A DNA stretch of 64,000 nucleotides from assembly GCF_036321535.1 (NCBI RefSeq), contig NC_087438.1:1366001-1430000 (forward strand), in the 5' to 3' direction. Source of the DNA: Camelus dromedarius. Taxonomy: Eukaryota. Shown here one piece after another: positions 58,490 through 64,000 of the stretch. The first letter of the stretch is position 1, and each line of letters starts with the position of its first letter. The position numbers and the translations under genes were made by a program. The notes beneath the pieces are model-generated. The model searched no databases and had not been told where the DNA came from. It was given only the letters and a program-made list of their open reading frames with translations.

Positions 58490-61140
58490 TGCCGTGAGCG
58501 CAGCCGCAGCAGAGCTGGTTTCAGGGGAAGCGCGTGGAGGGTGCAAAGCGAACGGAGCACCAACAACGGAAGAGCGGTCAGGCTGACAACCGTCCCGCTG
58601 GGTCAGCCAGGAGGAGAAGAGAGCAGATGCAAGTGCTCAACATCACAGTGAAAGGCAGGCTGTCCCTGCTGACTCCATGGTTAAAGGGGTTAAAACCATT
58701 GTGAAGACTCCGTGTCCATAAACCTGAGAACTTTCTTGAAAAACAAAAACCCCTAAAACTCAGACAACGAGAGACAGGTAACCTGAGCCGAGCCGTACTT
58801 ACCAAAGAAGTTCATCAATAATTGACACGTTTCAGCAAGGAAGTCACCAGGCATACATAGTTCCGCTGGTAAGTTTTACCCAACATTCAGAGGAGAGATG
58901 GTATCAGCTTCCCACAGTCTCTTCCGGAAGACGGAAACAGAGGGGACTCTGGCCAACCACTCGGTGAGGCCGGCATTGCCGTCACACCAAGACGAGACAC
59001 AAGCATCACCAGGCAAAAAGTGAAAGGCCTCTGTCTCTCGCAGGACAGGCGCGCATGCCCCTGACAGACACCAACAAGCCGAGTCCAGCGAAGTGTGAGA
59101 CGAGCTGTGCGCCAGGCCCAACGGGGTCCGCTCCAGGCACCGGTTCAACACTCAGAAGCCAGTGTGCGCCATCGCACCAACGGGCTGACGCGAAAAATGA
59201 CAATGTGGTAATATCAACTGGTGCAGGAAAAGCATTTGACAAAACTCAATCCCCACTCGTGATGAAAACTCTCAGCAAGTTAGAAACAGAGGGGATTTTC
59301 TCAAACTGATAAAAAAAAAAATACCTTCAAAACACATACAGCTAATATCGTACTTAGCAGCGAGAAACTGGAGGCTTTCTCCCAAATACCAGGAGAAGAT
59401 CAAGGCCGCCTCCACAGCTCCCCACTGGGCACCGTGAGGGAACCTTAGCTCGTGCGGGGGCAAGGGAGGGGCAAGCACAACAGATCGGGAAGGAAGGAAT
59501 GAAATTATCCCCATTCACAGGTGACACGGAAGTCTATATAGAAAATCTTAAAGAAGGACAAATAAAAACAGAAATAAAAGCAAAAAATAACTCTCCTGGA
59601 AGGAACAAGCAAGCATAACAAAGTGTTAGGACACAAAGTTAACCAGATTAATACAGACAAACCTCGGGGAGACTAAGGCTTGGCTCCAGACCACCGGAAC
59701 AAAGTGAATACTGCCACAAAGTGAGCCACGGTGAGTTTTTGGTTTCCCAGTGCATGTGAAAGTTATGTTTACACTAGACTGCACTCTGTTAAGGGTGTAA
59801 TGACATTGCGTCTAAAAAAATAAGGCACAAATCTTAATTTAAAAATACTGTATTGCTAAAATCTGAGCCTTCAGTGAGTCATGACTTTTTTGCTGGTGGA
59901 GGGTTTTAAATATTGTGAGAATTACCAAAATGAGACACAGAGACAGGAAGTGAGCAAATGCTGTTGGGAAAATGGCGCCAGTAGGCTTGTTGGATGCAAG
60001 GTGGCCGGAAACCTTCAATTTATAAGAAATACAGTGTCTGTGAGGTGCAATAAAGGAGGCAGAGTTAAAGGAGGTCTGCCTGGATGTAAAAGTCAACCGG
60101 TTCCCCACATACCAGTAATGAACAATTGGAATTTCACACACACGCATACACACACAATTCATCCATAAAACTAAAATATTTAAGTATAAACCTAAATCTA
60201 ACAAAATATTTGCATCATCTATATGCAGAAAACCCCAAAATTCTGATGGAAGAAATCAAAGAATTCTGAATAAAATGGAGAATTCCACGTTTATGAATGG
60301 AAAGACTCAATATTGTGAGCATGTTATTTCCAGCTTGATTATGGATTCAACACAGTCTCAATCCAAATCCCAGAAACCTATTTTATAGGTTTAATTTTAT
60401 AGGTGTAACTTACTGACAAACTGATTCTCAAGTTTATATTGAAAAGCAAAGACCAGGAATGGCCAACGCAGCCCTGAGGGAGCGCAGTCAAGCCGGAGGG
60501 CTCCCGCGGCCCGATCCCGAGGCCTGCTGTAAGGCTGCAGGAGCTGGTCCCCGTGGCGTGGCGAGAGCAGACACGGAGGTCAGTGGGACAGGACGGAGAG
60601 CCGAGACACAGAGCCATGCAGATCTACCCAGCCTAGTCCGCGAGGAAGGAGTAGACGGTTAAATGCAGAGTGATGGGGAACGGGTCGTCCTTTCTGGAGC
60701 AACTGGGCACCACCGGCAAGAAAGAAAAAAAGAGAAGTGAGCCGAGACGCCTTACACCCCCCACAACAGTCACCTCGACGCGCATCGTGGACCGACGTGT
60801 GGGATGCAACCCTTGTAGAAGCTCTAGAAGAAGCACAGCAGAGAACGTGGAGCACCTCGGGCACGGCGGTGACTAACCCAGAGTGGTGCTCAGCGTGGAA
60901 TCCCGCATCCTGGACAGACAGGCGCAGAATAAGGGAGTCTGAATAAAGCATGGGCTTCGGTTAAAAACATTTATTAAAACAGTGTGTTGCCATTGGTTCA
61001 CTAATCATAAGAGTGCATCGTGTCAAAATGAGATGCGGATAATGGGTGAAAATGGGCAGAGTGTACGTGGAAAGTCTCCGTGCTGTCCTTGAAATGTTTC
61101 TGTAATTCTACAACTGTTCCAAAAATAAATTTTTTAAAGT
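58490..61140 (+). mobile_element. L1MC/MD-like element (ORF2 RT region to 3' end, internally deleted) interrupted by a Tigger1 derivative
   Basis: 'gcaggaaaagcatttgacaaaactcaa', 'tatatagaaaatc', 'gaagaaatcaaagaa', 'ggaaagactcaatattgt'. L1MC-type 3' end 'tctgaataaag...attggttcact...tttctgtaattctacaactgttccaaaaataaa'. Confidence 0.85.
59654..60082 (+). mobile_element. Internally deleted Tigger1 (Tigger1a-like) DNA transposon
   Basis: TIRs CAGACAAACCTC...GAGGTCTGCCTG (consensus CAGGCATACCTC) with TA on the left. Internal 'tccagaccacc', 'ggtttcccagtgcat', 'tttgctggtggaggg', 'gacacagagaca..aagtgagca'. Confidence 0.9.
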
Positions 61141-61731
61141 AAACTAAATACTGACCTGGAGATTTTACATACGATGCACATTTCTGTTACTTCTCAAGAA
61201 AAGAAAATGTTGACAGCAAGGAGCTCACATCCTGACATGGGCAGGGATTGACGGCAGCCAAGAAGCAGGTGCCCCAGAGCAGCCTCAGGGCTTGGCCGTC
61301 CATCTCGGCCCATGGACTCCTCCGCGTCCACACCCCCTGCCCCCTGACCTGGAGGAGGGACCCCGCACCAGGCAGTCCCTCCAGGAAGAGTTCCCTCCAC
61401 ACCAGCCGGGGGCAGCAGCGAGCCGAGTCTCAGCAGTGCCGGGTCTCTGGTCGTTGTTCCTGAGCGATTAGTCCCCCTGGGCGCACAGCAAAGCCAGGCT
61501 GGGATTACCTCCTAACAAGGGCGCGAGTCTGTACACCAGGGGACGGCAAGGGGCCCCCAGGCCAGAGCACCGCTGCCCTCACCTGTGACATCGGGGCAGC
61601 TCTCCCCTGCAGACATGGGGGTCTGGGCCCTCAGGGCCGCACTCAGGGCACGTGTGCAGTGACTGGAGTCTGTGGACTTCCAGCAGGTTCTCACACCTCC
61701 GTCCCTCGGCCTTTAAAGCATCACTGCGCTG

Positions 61732-62547
61732 GTTCTCTTCCTCTCTCTGGCTTACTTCACTTAGAATGACGATCTCCAGGCCCACCCATGTTGCTGCAAA
61801 TGGCATTATTTTGTTCTTTTTATGGCTGAGTAGTATTCCATTGTATAAATATACCACATCTTCTTTATCCAGTCATCTGTCGATGGACATTTAGGCTGTT
61901 TCCATGTCTTGGCTACTGTAAACAGCGCTGCTGTGAACACTGGGGTGCAGGTGTCTTTTCAAATTAGAGTTCCCTCTGGGTATAAGCCCAGGAGTGGGGT
62001 TGCTGGGTCATATGGTAAGTCTATTCCTAGTCTTTTGAGGAATCTCCACACTATTTTCCACAGTGGCTGCACCAAACTACACTTCCACCAAGAGTGTAGG
62101 AGGGCTCCCTTTTCTCCACACCTTTTCCAGCATCTATTGTTTGATATCTGAAAAGAAAAGAAAAAAGAGGACACTAATGAACTTATCCACAAAACAGAAA
62201 CACACTCACAGACACAGTAAACAATCTTATGGGTACCAGGGAGAAGGGGTGGGAAGTGATAAATTTGGGAGTTTGAGATTTGCAAATATTAAATACTATA
62301 CATAAAAACAGATAAGACATAAATTTATTCTGTAGACACAGGGAACTATATTTGATATCTTATAATAACATTTAATAAAGAGAATATGCCAATGAATGTA
62401 TGTCTGTGTGTCTGTGCATGACCGGGGCGCTATGCTGTACATCGGAGATGGACACATTGTAACCGACTGCACTTCAACAAAGTAGGTAAATAAATAAATA
62501 AACAAAAATTTAAAAATTATACAATAAAGTAAGATACATTAAAAAAC
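61732..62547 (+). mobile_element. Young L1 with inverted 5' half (twin priming)
   Basis: 61732-62143 is antisense ORF2 end ([25 protein letters not shown]...IMPFAATW). 62146-62547 is sense 3'UTR plus A-rich tail. TSD aaagcatcactgcgctg (61715) / aaaacaccactacactg (62548). Confidence 0.9.
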
Positions 62548-62552
62548 AAAAC

Positions 62553-62622
62553 ACCACTACACTGTACACCAGAAATTAACACAAGTTGTAAACCGACTCT
62601 ATTTCAATTGAAAGAAAAAAAA
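62553..62622 (+). mobile_element. Very short older L1 3' terminus
   Basis: 'cactacactgtacaccagaaattaacacaagttgtaaaccgactctatttcaatt' plus A tail. Confidence 0.8.
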
Positions 62623-62639
62623 GCTCCCCAGCAACGTGT

Positions 62640-63290
62640 GCATGAGACGCCTGCGCTGGGAACCGCAGTTCAGGGCTGCGCTGCAGGGTGCTGGGGTGGC
62701 CGCTGGCGAGCAGGCTCCGTTCGGGTGCAGCGGACGGAGCGATGCTCCCTACAGACATCCGCGGGCCCCCTCCAGGAGCCGAGACCGCGTCACCTCGTAT
62801 GACAGAAGAACCGAAGACATTTAAGTTAACTGCCTTGAGATGGGGAGGTAAGACTTCACAGTCTGGGCGCCACCAACGCCGTCAGGGGGCTTACGATTCC
62901 GGGGGCGAGCGTGGAGACAAGACAGGAGGGGGAGGCGGGGTCCAGGCCAGGACACGCTACTTCCTGGCTCAGAAGGTGGAGGATGCAGCCTCGAGCCGAG
63001 AGGGCAGCCGGCCTGGGAAAGCCAGCAGAGGCGGGACTGGCTGGTGCCCTGAGGCCACAGGAAGGAAGCAGCCCGCAACACCCTGACCTCACCCTTCCCC
63101 TGACGTCGGGGGATGGTCTGTGTTGTTTCACGCCAGCGTGTTGGTGAACTGGCAGCAGCAGCAGGAGGCCCAGACGCCAGGAGGCGGCGCGGCCGGCCAG
63201 ACGTCGGGGCGGAGGCAGTGGGCGGCCGAGGGGCTGCTCTCAGCCCTTGCCCGGCGGCCCCAGCTCGCACGACCTAAGCTCTGCGTCGTC
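62640..63290. promoter_or_regulatory. CpG-dense region
   Basis: High CpG and GC content. Confidence 0.4.
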
Positions 63291-64000
63291 CATAAAACTG
63301 CCTCTCCCTCTCCGCTGCTGCAGGTTTGGGGGCGAACCTCTATTTCCCCGGAAGGGTGTTCCCTGTTTATTTGGGCTCGTGGGGAGGACAAGGCTGAGGG
63401 TCCACTGTCTCTCTGCACCAGGGTCACGATCTGCTGCCTCCACAGCTGGCGTCCCAGCCGTGACTGCGGGGACTTCCAGGTGCGCGTCCTACAGCAGGCG
63501 CGCGGGTGACACAGGCCTGCTCTGGGTCTAACCCAGGACCCTTCGCTGCCTCAGCCAAGAGGCACCTGTAGAACCAGGCGCTGCGGCGTGTGCTGGTCTC
63601 TCAAGAGCGTGGCCGTGGGCGTCGGAAAGAGCTGGTTCCAAAGCCGCCTCCCTCCCAGGTGAGGGGACGAGGCTGCGGGGGGCGGGGGGCGGGGGGGGAG
63701 CAGGTGGTGCACTGAGCTCCACTCCACGTGCGCAGCCAGAGGTTTACTGCGGCTTTTAAAAACTGGAACCTCACCTGGTTGGTGACCACACTGTCGTACA
63801 GAACACGTGAGAAAGAACACGCACCATAAAATAAAGACACGCTGGGCCTTGCGTGACGTGTACGCTGTGACGTGCGCGACGGAGCACGTCGAATGTGATG
63901 CCACGGATGTGTGCGTGACTTCAGCGATTTTTCACCCCATCCTTGTGGCCGTAGTTTAGTCAGGAGACCCCCCACCCCTTTATTTAGGTTGTGACGCGTG

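Noticed and set aside
1..64000. CRISPR arrays, operons or prokaryotic defence systems
   Set aside because: The sequence is mammalian, with no repeat-spacer arrays or gene-dense coding

Overview
This is mammalian genomic DNA, GC- and CpG-rich, with no recognisable host protein-coding gene. The species is very probably a camelid: a tRNA-Ala-derived Vic-1-type SINE sits at 4.6-4.75 kb, and the younger L1 3' ends are cetartiodactyl-type. Roughly a third of the window is transposon relics: nested old and young L1s, L2, MIR, MaLR/ERVL solo LTRs (MLT1, MLT2, LTR16), Tigger and MER5 DNA elements, and simple repeats. The rest is GC-rich unique sequence with several CpG-dense patches and short AT-rich, homeodomain-motif-rich islands that look like conserved enhancers. 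That pattern suggests a large intron or gene desert near a developmental or neural gene in a distal, high-recombination region. The only ORFs with recognisable protein similarity are L1 ORF2 C-terminal remnants; the others look like chance GC-rich or low-complexity ORFs. I found no new biological system. The most interesting observations are a candidate 27-nt minus-strand microexon, two twin-primed (5'-inverted) L1 insertions (one apparently re-using the endonuclease site of an earlier L1), patchy AT-to-GC conversion inside old repeats, an orphan L1 5'UTR, and several candidate enhancers. Repeat subfamily names come from recalled consensus motifs, not from a search, and boundaries are approximate.
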